DNA from: a virus
Virus record (IMG/VR): IMGVR_UViG_3300013132_005385
Span: 32,001-96,000 of that record
DNA: 64,000 nt
Strand: one strand, 5' to 3'
Below the pieces are notes generated by a model that was given only the letters and a program-made list of their open reading frames with translations, did no database searches and was not told the DNA's origin. Below are positions 9,049 through 18,637 of the stretch, one piece after another. Made by a program: the position numbers and the translations under genes. The stretch's first letter is position 1, and each line of letters opens with the position of its first letter.

Positions 9049-10533
9049 ATGCCTATAGAACAGTTATCGGATTTTAAATTTAAGGGAATAAAGGGTAAGG
9101 AAAAAATGCCAACCGTTATAATACTAACGGGTAGACTTGGCAAAAATGGAAAAGCCCCAACTACCGATAAGATAGCAAAAATTTGCGAGTCTAAAGGAGC
9201 TCCTTGTATAATAGTGAATTCTGAAAAGGGAGTGGTTGAAAAAACACAGAGCGGAATAGTTTTGGTTGGAAATAAGAACGAGAAGCTCAGAGAAATATAT
9301 CTAGATAACACTGTGGTTCTAGCCAGAAGAACAGCCATAAACAATAATGCCTCCAAGACATTTTTTAAAAAATTGGAAGAATTAGGACTTCCGTGCGTTA
9401 ATACATACGATGCGGTCAATCTTTGTGAGGATAAATTACAAACCACAAGGGCATTACAAAGAAACAAGATCCCTGTACCCAAAACAGCCTTGGTTTCTGG
9501 AGAAGATGATATTGACAAATCAGTTAAGGAGGTAGGAGGAAAATTCCCGATTGTTTGTAAATTTATCTCCGGTACTAAAGGTATTGGAGTATTCAGCGTT
9601 GATTCAAGACCTAGCTTAGTTTCTACCCTTCAAGCAATGTGGAATTTATCTCCATCAACGGAGATAGTTATGCAAGAGAAGATAGAAGCTGATTATGACC
9701 TTAGAATACATGTTTTAGGAACAAGTGATGGAATGGGAGGCAGAGAATATAAAGTTATTGCCGCTATGAAAAGATTAAAAATAGAGGGTGATTTTAGAAC
9801 TAATTTTTCATTAGGCGGAGAAATAGAAGCTGTTGAGCTTGACAAAAAAACAAAAAAGATAGCAATAGAATCAGCTAAGGCAGTCGGCTGTCTTTGGGCA
9901 GGAGTTGATATCATTATAGATAAAAATACTGGAGATCCATATGTTCTAGAAGTTAACTCTTCCCCTGGAACGGATGGCATAGAAAAAGCCACGGGGATGA
10001 ATATTAGCCAAATTATTGCCGACTTTTTGGCTAATAAAGATAACTGGCTAAAACCTAAAAAAATTAGCGGATTTAGAGAAATAGTAACGATCCCGGGTGT
10101 TGGAAGCTTTGTAGCAAAACTAGACACCGGAAACGGAGCAGCGTCATGTTCCTTGCATGCTGATACTGTTGATGAAGAAGATGGATACCTAATATGGAGC
10201 ATGGGGGGAGAAACATATAGAAATAAAATACTAGGAACCTCAAGAGCTGAAGTTGGAAAAAATCTTCATATTAGGCCAATCATATCTTTAGATGTTGAAT
10301 TTAATGGTGCCAATTATAGAAAAATAAGATTCTCTTTGGTCGATAGAACAGAAAAGAGTACCCCTGTACTATTAAACAGAGATTTTATGTCTCTCGCAGG
10401 AATAGTAGTTGATCCCTCAGAAGATTTTATATTAACAGATCGTCCCGATGGATATTCGCCAAAAGACGCCAAGGGTAATCCAAAAGCAGGAGTTGTTATG
10501 GGAGACGACTCAGATGAGGATAATGACAATTAA
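9049..10533 (+). CDS. rimK: RimK-family ATP-grasp ligase fused to a C-terminal retropepsin-like aspartic peptidase (RimB/DUF785-like)
   Basis: ATP-grasp motifs DKLQT, PVPKT, PIVCK...GTKGIGV, MQEKI, DLRIHV, FRTNFSLGG, AGVDII, VLEVNSSPG; peptidase AKLDTGN..CSLHA, RP, FSLVDR.....PVLLNRDF. Start placed at ATG 9049, just after the AATATATA motif at 9037-9044. Confidence 0.85.
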   Translation: MPIEQLSDFKFKGIKGKEKMPTVIILTGRLGKNGKAPTTDKIAKICESKGAPCIIVNSEKGVVEKTQSGIVLVGNKNEKLREIYLDNTVVLARRTAINNNASKTFFKKLEELGLPCVNTYDAVNLCEDKLQTTRALQRNKIPVPKTALVSGEDDIDKSVKEVGGKFPIVCKFISGTKGIGVFSVDSRPSLVSTLQAMWNLSPSTEIVMQEKIEADYDLRIHVLGTSDGMGGREYKVIAAMKRLKIEGDFRTNFSLGGEIEAVELDKKTKKIAIESAKAVGCLWAGVDIIIDKNTGDPYVLEVNSSPGTDGIEKATGMNISQIIADFLANKDNWLKPKKISGFREIVTIPGVGSFVAKLDTGNGAASCSLHADTVDEEDGYLIWSMGGETYRNKILGTSRAEVGKNLHIRPIISLDVEFNGANYRKIRFSLVDRTEKSTPVLLNRDFMSLAGIVVDPSEDFILTDRPDGYSPKDAKGNPKAGVVMGDDSDEDNDN

Positions 10534-11933
10534 GAAAGGAAGATATCCACTGCTTTTTTTCTATAGTCCATAGGATCTTCCACTATTTTAGAATTTTTAA
10601 GGGCAAGTTTTTTTCTATCAATAACACAATCGGGCACCAATCCTCTGAAAGTGTCTTTAAGAATCTTTTTATTTTTTCTTTCTTCAAAAGGCAGAGACAT
10701 TGCAAATCTCACAATGTCCAGATTTAAAAAAGGATTTCTAAGCTCTAGAGTGTGCGCCATTGAAAGTTTATCCAGTCTTGGAAGATGATAATATGTCAGT
10801 TCGTGAAATATATCGGATAATTGGGAGTCATACTCATTTATCCTTCTATATCCTCCAAACAGTTCGTCTGCACCGTCACCTGAAATGACTATTCTAGTCT
10901 TTGATCCTTTTTTAATAGCATCAAATAGATGATATTGGGGAATAACGCTACCAAGATCTACTGGACTTTCATTCCATTTCCGATAGACCTCTTTCAAAAA
11001 GTCTAAATTATTTGCATCATCTGTGTCCATTGAATATTTTAGCCTATGTGATGATATTTCCCAGTAATTTTCACACGCTTTTATGTGCTCCTCGTCTTCT
11101 CCATTTTCTATTGAATAGAATTGAACGTCTGCACCTAGCTTGAGAAGCAATCCACCAATTATAGATGAATCCAGGCCTCCAGACAGAAGAAGAGAAGTTG
11201 GATAGTTTTTAGAGAGAAGTCTTGCCCTTGTTGCAGACTCTAATTTCTCCCAAAGCCAGTCCATTTTAGCTTCGTAGTTTTCAAACTCTATGTCGAAGGC
11301 GCTAAAATTGTAATATAGCGCGCTTTTATGGGTAAATGATGGATTATCCAAGTTCCAATAAACAAATGTGTTATTGGGCAGTTTAGCGATGTTTTTGAAG
11401 GGGGTTTCATCCGATACCAAGTAGCCACTTTTTAAAACTCCGCTGATGAAGGCCCCATTAGAAATTTCATCCCCTTTTAATAGGCCTTTTATCTCTGAGC
11501 AGACTGATCCGTCGCTACTTTTATAAAGGGATTTTTTACCTAGCGGATCGGTGAAGGCATAGACATCTTTAGTTTTTGTGTCAACCAAAACAATCGCCCA
11601 AAATCCGTCCCACGAACAGATATGTGGCTTAAATATTGCCTCAAACATGGGTAATCCCCCAAAATGAAAATTTGAAAACAACTTTTGTAAATATTCAGTG
11701 TCCGAATCATATCCCGAAGGGTAATTAAATATCTCCCCATTAAAAAGCATATACCTGTTTTCCCCGATTGGAACTGGCTGAGACCATCCATCTCCATCTA
11801 GAGTCTGTATAGGAAGTCTATGATGACACATGGTTATTCCATTTTCCCTGATAGTCTTATGCTCAATACCTCTATGGGAGATAGATTTTATTTGGCTCTC
11901 GGAAAGGTCTTTTCCTATTAAGATCCCGCACAT
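10530..11933 (-). CDS. asnB: asparagine synthetase B-family glutamine amidotransferase
   Basis: MCGI (Ntn Cys), HHRLPI, FNGEIFNY, SDTE, LSGGLDSS, SGDGADELFGGY, LDKLSMAHTLELRNPFL. Confidence 0.85.
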   Translation of the reverse strand: MCGILIGKDLSESQIKSISHRGIEHKTIRENGITMCHHRLPIQTLDGDGWSQPVPIGENRYMLFNGEIFNYPSGYDSDTEYLQKLFSNFHFGGLPMFEAIFKPHICSWDGFWAIVLVDTKTKDVYAFTDPLGKKSLYKSSDGSVCSEIKGLLKGDEISNGAFISGVLKSGYLVSDETPFKNIAKLPNNTFVYWNLDNPSFTHKSALYYNFSAFDIEFENYEAKMDWLWEKLESATRARLLSKNYPTSLLLSGGLDSSIIGGLLLKLGADVQFYSIENGEDEEHIKACENYWEISSHRLKYSMDTDDANNLDFLKEVYRKWNESPVDLGSVIPQYHLFDAIKKGSKTRIVISGDGADELFGGYRRINEYDSQLSDIFHELTYYHLPRLDKLSMAHTLELRNPFLNLDIVRFAMSLPFEERKNKKILKDTFRGLVPDCVIDRKKLALKNSKIVEDPMDYRKKAVDIFLS

Positions 11934-12481
11934 ATTAATTTATCAATTAGTTTTAGAAAATTTTCTTCGGATTGCGGGTCGAAGTGATTGCTGAATTGGT
12001 GTACTCTGATTCCCGCATCCGACATATAATCGGAAACCTTTTCAAATATTGAAAGCTCCTTTAGCCTTTCCTCGTTGTTTTCTAAATGATCCCAATGATC
12101 TTTATTTTTTCTAAATTTCATCGGAACATCCGATTTGATCAATATGATATCCACATCGTCAAATAATCCGCTAGAGATCATAAAATCTATTTCTGAGAAA
12201 ACATGGGCGTAGCTTACTCTTTCCTGATATATTCCCCATACCTCGTTGGTTAATATACCTCGATCTACTATCAGATTGTTTCCGAGGAATCCCTTAGAAT
12301 AGAGCTGATGCAGCATTATTTCCTTTCCCAGACCTAAAGAATGTGTTGTTTTTCCGTTAGTGGGAAGATTAAGCCCGCCATAAACTCCAGTAAAATCAAA
12401 CTTGAATTTTGACTGTGTAATTTTATCGGAAAGATGGGTTTTTCCTGAATTTCTTGGTCCTTCTAAAAGAATAAGGGGCAT
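11918..12481 (-). CDS. P-loop (deoxy)nucleotide monophosphate kinase-like protein
   Basis: LILLEGPRNSGKT Walker A and IVDRG motif typical of thymidylate/dNMP kinases. Confidence 0.65.
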   Translation of the reverse strand: MPLILLEGPRNSGKTHLSDKITQSKFKFDFTGVYGGLNLPTNGKTTHSLGLGKEIMLHQLYSKGFLGNNLIVDRGILTNEVWGIYQERVSYAHVFSEIDFMISSGLFDDVDIILIKSDVPMKFRKNKDHWDHLENNEERLKELSIFEKVSDYMSDAGIRVHQFSNHFDPQSEENFLKLIDKLICAGS

Positions 12482-12496
12482 AATCCTATTTTATGA

Positions 12497-12523
12497 TTAT
12501 ACCCCAAATTTAATAAAAATTCC
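12497..12523 (-). promoter_or_regulatory. putative phage ECF-sigma promoter GGAAT-N16-GTATAA
   Basis: Same architecture as 40174-40200 and 54882-54908; also contains TAAATTTG at 12505-12512. Confidence 0.5.
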
Positions 12524-12535
12524 GAATTTATTATC

Positions 12536-14734
12536 TTATAATGATTGGGAAAACTTTTTAATTACTTTTTTGATCTCTTCTGTGTTTGTCCATTCATCAG
12601 ATAGATCATCAAAAAGATTGCTTGACTTTCCTTTAGAGTTTAAAAAACTTTTATATCCGCTGGCGAGTAGCTTAATCTCTTCTGGCTTCCATTTTAAAAG
12701 CTCGTTATATAGCTTTTTATCTCTAAAGCTTGAACCATAAATATCCCTGTAAAGAGCGGTTATTTTTTTAGCATACTTATCGGGAGTTATTTTAGAAGCT
12801 AAGACTGAAAGCTTATCTGTTGATCCATCATTGCCTTTAAAAGAGTCATTTTCAGTGTCATAATATCCCATAACTTTGTCCCATAATCTGAGAGCCACCC
12901 CATTTTCATAGAATCTCAATCCTGGACAAGTTGCTATGGCCATATTTGTTCCTCCGTTATAGCCTTCGTTCTTTTTAACACCCTTTATTTTAACCAATTC
13001 CTGAACCTTTTTCTCTCTGTTGAAATCGCCTTTAACTTTGTTTACTGCGTCCTCAACGGCTTTTTTAATATCATCCGATGATATTTTTTTATCCGTTCCT
13101 GACTCTTTAGCAGCGGACTTTACTTCACCTTTGTTGACCTCTTCTGTTTTTCCTCTTGATCCCCCAGATTCTACAGTTTTCTTGAAAGCATCTCCATTAA
13201 AAGCTTCTAGGATTCCTTTATTTAACCTTTCAAAATCTCTAAAAGTAAGGACAGGAGATTTAGATTCCGTGAGTTTTTCGGTCTCTATTTTGTTTACTAA
13301 TTCTGCAGTTATGTCGGAAGATGAGTCTTTTAAATCAAATCCCGCCTTTAACCCTTGTATAATTCCAGCAGTAGACGATCCAAAAAGTCCATCCGCTCCA
13401 TATTTAGAAAATTTCTTCCAAATATCTGTTTCTGTTACCGCCTTTACATTTTTAAATTTGTTCAATATCAATTTTTGAAAAGCCTCAACATCTGGATTTT
13501 TCTTTCCGCCGGATTCTGATCTTTTAATTGGTTTTTTAAGATCTATTTCGGATTTAGTCTCCTTCTTTTCTCCCTCTCCTTCTTTCTTGGATGCTTCTGC
13601 TGCTTTTAGGATCTCCTCTGTTGCTGCTCCCCTTTCCTCATCGCCCTTATTTTTTAATTCCACTGCCTTGGAAAGAATCTCAGCCACTTTGGAATACTTA
13701 AGACTTTTAAGATAATTTATTCTTTCGTCTTTTATTTTGGAATCAAAATTGGATGAGCTCTCTTCAAGTTCCGATTTAATCTCAGTGTAAAGATCATTAT
13801 ATTTAGAGATAAGATCATCATCTTTGATCTTTCTTCCGTCTTCTTTTCTAGTTGTTTTTGCATCATTCATAAGCTCATTAGCTCTGTTAAGAAGCTGCTT
13901 GAATTTCTCCTCGTATTGACCTGGAGTTTTTAACTCCGGAGATGCTGAACTGTAGGTAGCTGCCTGATCTATTTTTGATTGAATTTGCGAGATCATGGTC
14001 TTACAGTTGTTTATAAAAGAAACCATATTTCCTTTCTTAGAAAATCTCTCCGCCCTTTTGCTCTCCAACGATTCAATAATAAATAATGACTCTTTTACCT
14101 CGCCTTTATTGGAAGAAAGAATCTTGATGGTTTCATCTAAAATGGATGCTATCTTATCACCTAAGAACTTCTTGGTTGATTCCGAGTCAAATTTATCGGG
14201 ATCTTGTTTTTTGAGCTCGTCTAGTGCCTGCTTATAAAGATCCATAGAAAGTTCATAGTTCTTAAAAGCCTGTTCAAATCCCTTACCCCCCGGATCCTTT
14301 ATTGCTCCCGCAAGAAAGTCTGTAAAAGCATTAGAGATCTTATCCATCACCGATTTTGGTGCTGAATCTGACTTAAGTCCCTGTAAAGCTGCATTAAATT
14401 TTGAACTAAACTCATCTTTAAATTTACCAGCAGGAAAAGAAACAACTGTAGATGTCATTATTGCATATGCACCAAAGATGATTTCGCTTAGAATTTTCTC
14501 CAAATCACTAATTTTCTTCTCGGCGGGTGCGGTAGAAGTTTTGGTTGTCTCTTCCTTTTTAGCCGTGGAGTCTCCTGGTTTTGCTGCTGTTTCTGGCTTA
14601 GCAGGATCAGCAGGCTTTTTCTCTGCCCCCGCTGCTTCCTGTTCATTCAAAGATGAATTCAAAGTCTGATATCTTTGAGCCTTTTCAAGAAGCTGATTAA
14701 ATAGCGGGTTTTGTATAAGATCTTGTTTTCTCAT
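12536..14734 (-). CDS. large helical virion/ejection protein with a peptidoglycan-binding-like domain and C-terminal annexin-like repeat
   Basis: VEAFQKLI...ADGLFGSSTAGII (PGBD pattern); LNEQ, VKES, IIES, LTES, ILEA putative gp21 sites; C-terminal LYRDIYG...LFDDLSDE. Confidence 0.5.
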   Translation of the reverse strand: MRKQDLIQNPLFNQLLEKAQRYQTLNSSLNEQEAAGAEKKPADPAKPETAAKPGDSTAKKEETTKTSTAPAEKKISDLEKILSEIIFGAYAIMTSTVVSFPAGKFKDEFSSKFNAALQGLKSDSAPKSVMDKISNAFTDFLAGAIKDPGGKGFEQAFKNYELSMDLYKQALDELKKQDPDKFDSESTKKFLGDKIASILDETIKILSSNKGEVKESLFIIESLESKRAERFSKKGNMVSFINNCKTMISQIQSKIDQAATYSSASPELKTPGQYEEKFKQLLNRANELMNDAKTTRKEDGRKIKDDDLISKYNDLYTEIKSELEESSSNFDSKIKDERINYLKSLKYSKVAEILSKAVELKNKGDEERGAATEEILKAAEASKKEGEGEKKETKSEIDLKKPIKRSESGGKKNPDVEAFQKLILNKFKNVKAVTETDIWKKFSKYGADGLFGSSTAGIIQGLKAGFDLKDSSSDITAELVNKIETEKLTESKSPVLTFRDFERLNKGILEAFNGDAFKKTVESGGSRGKTEEVNKGEVKSAAKESGTDKKISSDDIKKAVEDAVNKVKGDFNREKKVQELVKIKGVKKNEGYNGGTNMAIATCPGLRFYENGVALRLWDKVMGYYDTENDSFKGNDGSTDKLSVLASKITPDKYAKKITALYRDIYGSSFRDKKLYNELLKWKPEEIKLLASGYKSFLNSKGKSSNLFDDLSDEWTNTEEIKKVIKKFSQSL

Positions 14735-14745
14735 TTTTTTATTTT

Positions 14746-14997
14746 TTATTTTTTTTCCAGGTCCTCCATTTTTTTAACGGCCACAGATTTTTTTTGGAGT
14801 GCAGCTACTTTCTTTTGTAGTTCCATAGCTTGTTGACGCAAAGACTCTGATTGGGTTATTTCTTTCTTATTGACTCTGTCTTTAAGATAAGAAACAGCAA
14901 GATCGGCTTTAGATATTTCCTTATCTATATTTTGGATCTCGAGGTCTATCGATGATTCCTCGTTCAGTAAAAAATCATTAATTCTCTTGAGCTGCAT
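14746..14997 (-). CDS. small coiled-coil putative head protein
   Basis: MQLKRINDFLLNEES CTS-like start. Confidence 0.5.
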   Translation of the reverse strand: MQLKRINDFLLNEESSIDLEIQNIDKEISKADLAVSYLKDRVNKKEITQSESLRQQAMELQKKVAALQKKSVAVKKMEDLEKK

Positions 14998-15817
14998 ACT
15001 TTCTTTTACTTACTTTTTCTACCCTATATATCTTATCCCTAGTATCTTTGTGCTCCTTTCTATATGAGGATTCTATTTCTCTAATCTCCTTCCTAATGAC
15101 AGATTCAGCATACACATCATCTTCCTTTCTAGCTCTTGTCAATTGTTTTCTAAGGTTTAGAGTTGCATTGTCCATTAGCTTTTGAAGAGACCAGGTGTAT
15201 TTCTTTAGTGATCTCTCAAGGGAATCTAGTTCCCTGGTGGAGATGCTTTGTATGTGTGATTCAAATTCTCCGGTAGACATAGATAAAACTCTTTCAACCT
15301 CAGGATCAACATCTATAGGGGATGAATCAGGTAAGGAGTAAATAGATGAATCATCCTTCATTTTTTTATCCGCTATTGCGGTCATTCTTTCTAGGTCAGA
15401 TGTCAATTTTCTAAGCGTTTCATCCGATTCATATCCCTTTGATTTTTTTAGGGTCTCTTCGGCAGCTTCTATTTCTATTTTTGCCAATTTAGATTGGAAG
15501 TGACTTAGAAGATCCGATTTGTTTCCTATGATTTCATATGCTTCTTTTTTCAGATTCTCCGCCTCTCTATTCTTTGCTAGCTGATAATTACTAAGAGATT
15601 TTTTAAGCATCTCCACTTCAAAAGATGATTCTTCTCCCGATTTGTACAGGTCGAAAATTTCTTTTTTTATCTTACCTGACTCCTTAACAAAATCCATCCT
15701 GGATTCTTTAATTTTATTAAGTATAGAGTCCAATTTTGATTTTTTACCCATAATAGATGAGAACAATCCGCTTAGAATTCCCTCACTTACAAACTCTTCA
15801 AATCTGTATATCTTCAT
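14978..15817 (-). CDS. coiled-coil putative head-internal protein
   Basis: MKIYRFEEFVSEG CTS-like start. Confidence 0.55.
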   Translation of the reverse strand: MKIYRFEEFVSEGILSGLFSSIMGKKSKLDSILNKIKESRMDFVKESGKIKKEIFDLYKSGEESSFEVEMLKKSLSNYQLAKNREAENLKKEAYEIIGNKSDLLSHFQSKLAKIEIEAAEETLKKSKGYESDETLRKLTSDLERMTAIADKKMKDDSSIYSLPDSSPIDVDPEVERVLSMSTGEFESHIQSISTRELDSLERSLKKYTWSLQKLMDNATLNLRKQLTRARKEDDVYAESVIRKEIREIESSYRKEHKDTRDKIYRVEKVSKRKYAAQEN

Positions 15818-16797
15818 TATGATACTTTAACTTCCGTCATTTTAATTTTACCTCCGTCCTTGGCTTTAAGAAGAAATTTCACTACCTTTTGATTCTCCTC
15901 GTTAAGATCTAGAAATTTTTCGACCATATCTGGTGAATATTCTCCTCCTGATATTTCTTCCACAACTTGCTTGTGTAGGGAGTCCAATTTTTTAACTGCA
16001 TCTTCTATTTTTCCTCCCGATGTTTTTATCTGTTGGAATTTTTTAGTGAAAACAGACAACATATCATCACTTATAGGATGTATATTAGCTGCTTCTCTTT
16101 GAGCATCTTCCTCTGCTTTTTTAGCGAGCTCTCTTGATTTATCCACATCTTTACTTATCTTATCAAAATCAACACCAAAGAATTTTTCAAGCTGATCAAC
16201 ATCTTCTTTATACATCTTGCTGAGTTCCTTTGATTTATTATATCTGTCGATCTGAGTTTCTAAAACATCAGAAGCTCTCTGTACGTTGAAATACTTCTTT
16301 TTTCTGTTACTGTCCTTTGTTAGGGATTTAACCTTTTCTTCCAATGAATTAAATATGGTATCGTGGGTTTTTACGAGTTCTTTTAGGGTGTTATTTAGCA
16401 TTCTTCTGGAATCAGTTATTGCCTTTAGCATTTCATCTCTCTTTGGATTTGTGCTGTCTTTTTCAAGTGCTTTTTGCTTTTTTATCAACCCGTAAAAATC
16501 CTTGAATATAGTGAATTCTTCCTTATTAAACTTTAATTCCTGTTCTTTCATCTGGGTTAAGGCTGTCTTTAACTTGCTGATATCCCCACCAATTTTGCTG
16601 CTGATAAAATTTATGATGGAATCTTTTAATCCCTCATTAATTAAAGATAGCTCAGCTGCAAGGTCATCTGTGTTAGCTGATTCAAATAAAGGCCCCTGGT
16701 ACTTTCTTAGGACGTTAATTGCAGCTTTGATATCACCTTTACTTTCCATAAGGGCTTTTTCTGCTGCTTCAAATTTATCAAAGGAATCGATTATCAT
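15817..16797 (-). CDS. coiled-coil putative head-internal protein
   Basis: MIIDSFDKF, LMES/LFES/INEG sites; GATATATA at 16815-16822. Confidence 0.55.
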   Translation of the reverse strand: MIIDSFDKFEAAEKALMESKGDIKAAINVLRKYQGPLFESANTDDLAAELSLINEGLKDSIINFISSKIGGDISKLKTALTQMKEQELKFNKEEFTIFKDFYGLIKKQKALEKDSTNPKRDEMLKAITDSRRMLNNTLKELVKTHDTIFNSLEEKVKSLTKDSNRKKKYFNVQRASDVLETQIDRYNKSKELSKMYKEDVDQLEKFFGVDFDKISKDVDKSRELAKKAEEDAQREAANIHPISDDMLSVFTKKFQQIKTSGGKIEDAVKKLDSLHKQVVEEISGGEYSPDMVEKFLDLNEENQKVVKFLLKAKDGGKIKMTEVKVS

Positions 16798-16850
16798 TGT
16801 TTTTTTCTTTTATCTATATATCCAAAAAATGGATAGTAAACCCAACAAAC

Positions 16851-16882
16851 AAAAAAGAGCCCTGAAAAATTCAGGGCTCTTT
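16851..16882 (-). terminator. rho-independent terminator after the major capsid gene
   Basis: aaagagccctga-loop-tcagggctcttt stem with T tail on the minus strand. Confidence 0.8.
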
Positions 16883-16903
16883 GATATACCGATTCTAATA
16901 AGA

Positions 16904-18625
16904 TTAGACGATACCACCAGTTGGCATTGAAACGTACAATGTCAAGTACATGGACTGTGGGTGGTGACCAGCCTCTACAAGCGCATATCTTGATTTGACA
17001 GCGATTTTTGGAGACATAGTACCTTCTGAGATAGTCTGGATAGATTCAGCCATCATGTAAGGCATGAATTTCAATCCTGGCTCATCATCAGCACCTTTTC
17101 TACCAACAAGCACTCTAGTGTCGTTGAAGTTCATGTTTTGATCAACATAAACGGTCATACCAGCAAGAGAACCTACAGGGTACAAAGTACCGTTGTTCTG
17201 AGTAAGAGTGTTAGTGAAAGGAGCGAAAGTGAACTGGCTGATATCTTGCAACGCAGACGCAACTTGTGAGTTGGTAACGATGAAGTTAGCAGGACCTCTT
17301 CTTCCTCTGTTAGCTACTACGTTAGCAGCTGCAAGGACTCTAGAGAACAATCTTCTTTGTAGAGTAGATTGGTTTTCGAAAGAAGTACCTGAAGGACCAG
17401 CTGGGATAGCCATTGTGAATCCAGTGTTGTCTTTTCCGATGTAAGCAGATGTAACAGAAGCACTACCAGACAACTGAAGATTAAGGTTAAGGTTTGTTCC
17501 CTCTGTGTTCTTAAACTCGTTGTGGTTTGACCAACCAAGTGCAAAAGCTCTTGAAAGGATGTGCTTGTTGATCGCCTGAGAAACCTCGTTAACGAGAGCG
17601 TTTTCGATCATAGAAACTACGTCAATACCGAATTGCTTGTTAAGGTCTTGGATTTGCTCAGTTGTTACAGAAGCAGCAACTTGGAAAGTACCAGCTTCTA
17701 CGAACTTAGTGAAAGTAGAAAGACCAAGTGACTTGTAGTAAGTGCTTTCTCCTATTCCTCTGCTCATTGGATCATAAACCTGAGTTCCGTCTACGTAAGG
17801 ACCTTGGAAATTAGCGGTATTGTTAACTCCAGCACCACTAAATCCTTGGATGTGATCTTCTAAGGTTTTAACCAATTGAGCAGCTGCAGATACGAAAGAT
17901 AATGCTGAACCTGTAGATCCAGAAGAAGCTGTAGTATCGTTATCCAGCGCGGCTCTAATTTCAGAGTTAGCAGTAACTGCATCAGCAATAGAATCGTTAT
18001 TTGTTAAAGCTGTAACTTTGAAGATAGGGAATCCGTCGATACGAGAATATCCTACGAATGCACCTTTAAGAGTTGGGTCTGTACCTGCGGTTGTTCCTGT
18101 TACGAAGATAACATATTGAGTACCAACAGTTAAAGTACCAAATACCGGAGATGCAGCAGATACTGGAACTTTGATTAAATCTGGGGAGTTCGCAGTGAAA
18201 GGTGAAGTTGTATCACTTCCTGTAAGTTTTCCACCTGCATAAACATAGTCAAGGTAGGAAAGAACTCCAGTTGGACCGCTCATAGGAATAACCGGAACGA
18301 TGTCAAAACCGATAGTTTTTGCAGCTACCTGAATAGCTAGAGGAAGAAGGGATGGGAATTTGTCGCCAGATCCAAGACCAGTTCCTGAATATGTTCCACC
18401 AGCGTAGAATCCAGCAGGACCTTGTCCAAGATTTCCGGCAGCAGTGATTGCGCCCATACCATTGAGTACGCCAAGAGAGTTATACGCTCCGGCAGACTCG
18501 TTAAGAGAGTGGAAGTGGCAGTAAGTTGAAAGCCATTCTACTTTACCTCTCTCAGTGAGACCTGTTTTGCTCTCGATTATCGGAGCCCAGGTTTCATAAA
18601 TTTCATGTTGATTAATTAGTTGCAT
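16904..18625 (-). CDS. gp23: major capsid protein (T4 gp23-like)
   Basis: W.PIIE, IGFDIVPVIPMSGPTG, TTEQIQDLNKQFGID, EVSQAINKHIL, RGRRGPANFIVT, VGSLAG.TVYVD, FMPY, PKIAVKSRYAL. Confidence 0.92.
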   Translation of the reverse strand: MQLINQHEIYETWAPIIESKTGLTERGKVEWLSTYCHFHSLNESAGAYNSLGVLNGMGAITAAGNLGQGPAGFYAGGTYSGTGLGSGDKFPSLLPLAIQVAAKTIGFDIVPVIPMSGPTGVLSYLDYVYAGGKLTGSDTTSPFTANSPDLIKVPVSAASPVFGTLTVGTQYVIFVTGTTAGTDPTLKGAFVGYSRIDGFPIFKVTALTNNDSIADAVTANSEIRAALDNDTTASSGSTGSALSFVSAAAQLVKTLEDHIQGFSGAGVNNTANFQGPYVDGTQVYDPMSRGIGESTYYKSLGLSTFTKFVEAGTFQVAASVTTEQIQDLNKQFGIDVVSMIENALVNEVSQAINKHILSRAFALGWSNHNEFKNTEGTNLNLNLQLSGSASVTSAYIGKDNTGFTMAIPAGPSGTSFENQSTLQRRLFSRVLAAANVVANRGRRGPANFIVTNSQVASALQDISQFTFAPFTNTLTQNNGTLYPVGSLAGMTVYVDQNMNFNDTRVLVGRKGADDEPGLKFMPYMMAESIQTISEGTMSPKIAVKSRYALVEAGHHPQSMYLTLYVSMPTGGIV

Positions 18626-18637
18626 GATATTTTAGAG

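Noticed and set aside
10530-11933. Lasso peptide cyclase
   Set aside because: Retains the N-terminal Ntn Cys glutaminase domain; no B protein, RRE or lasso precursor nearby
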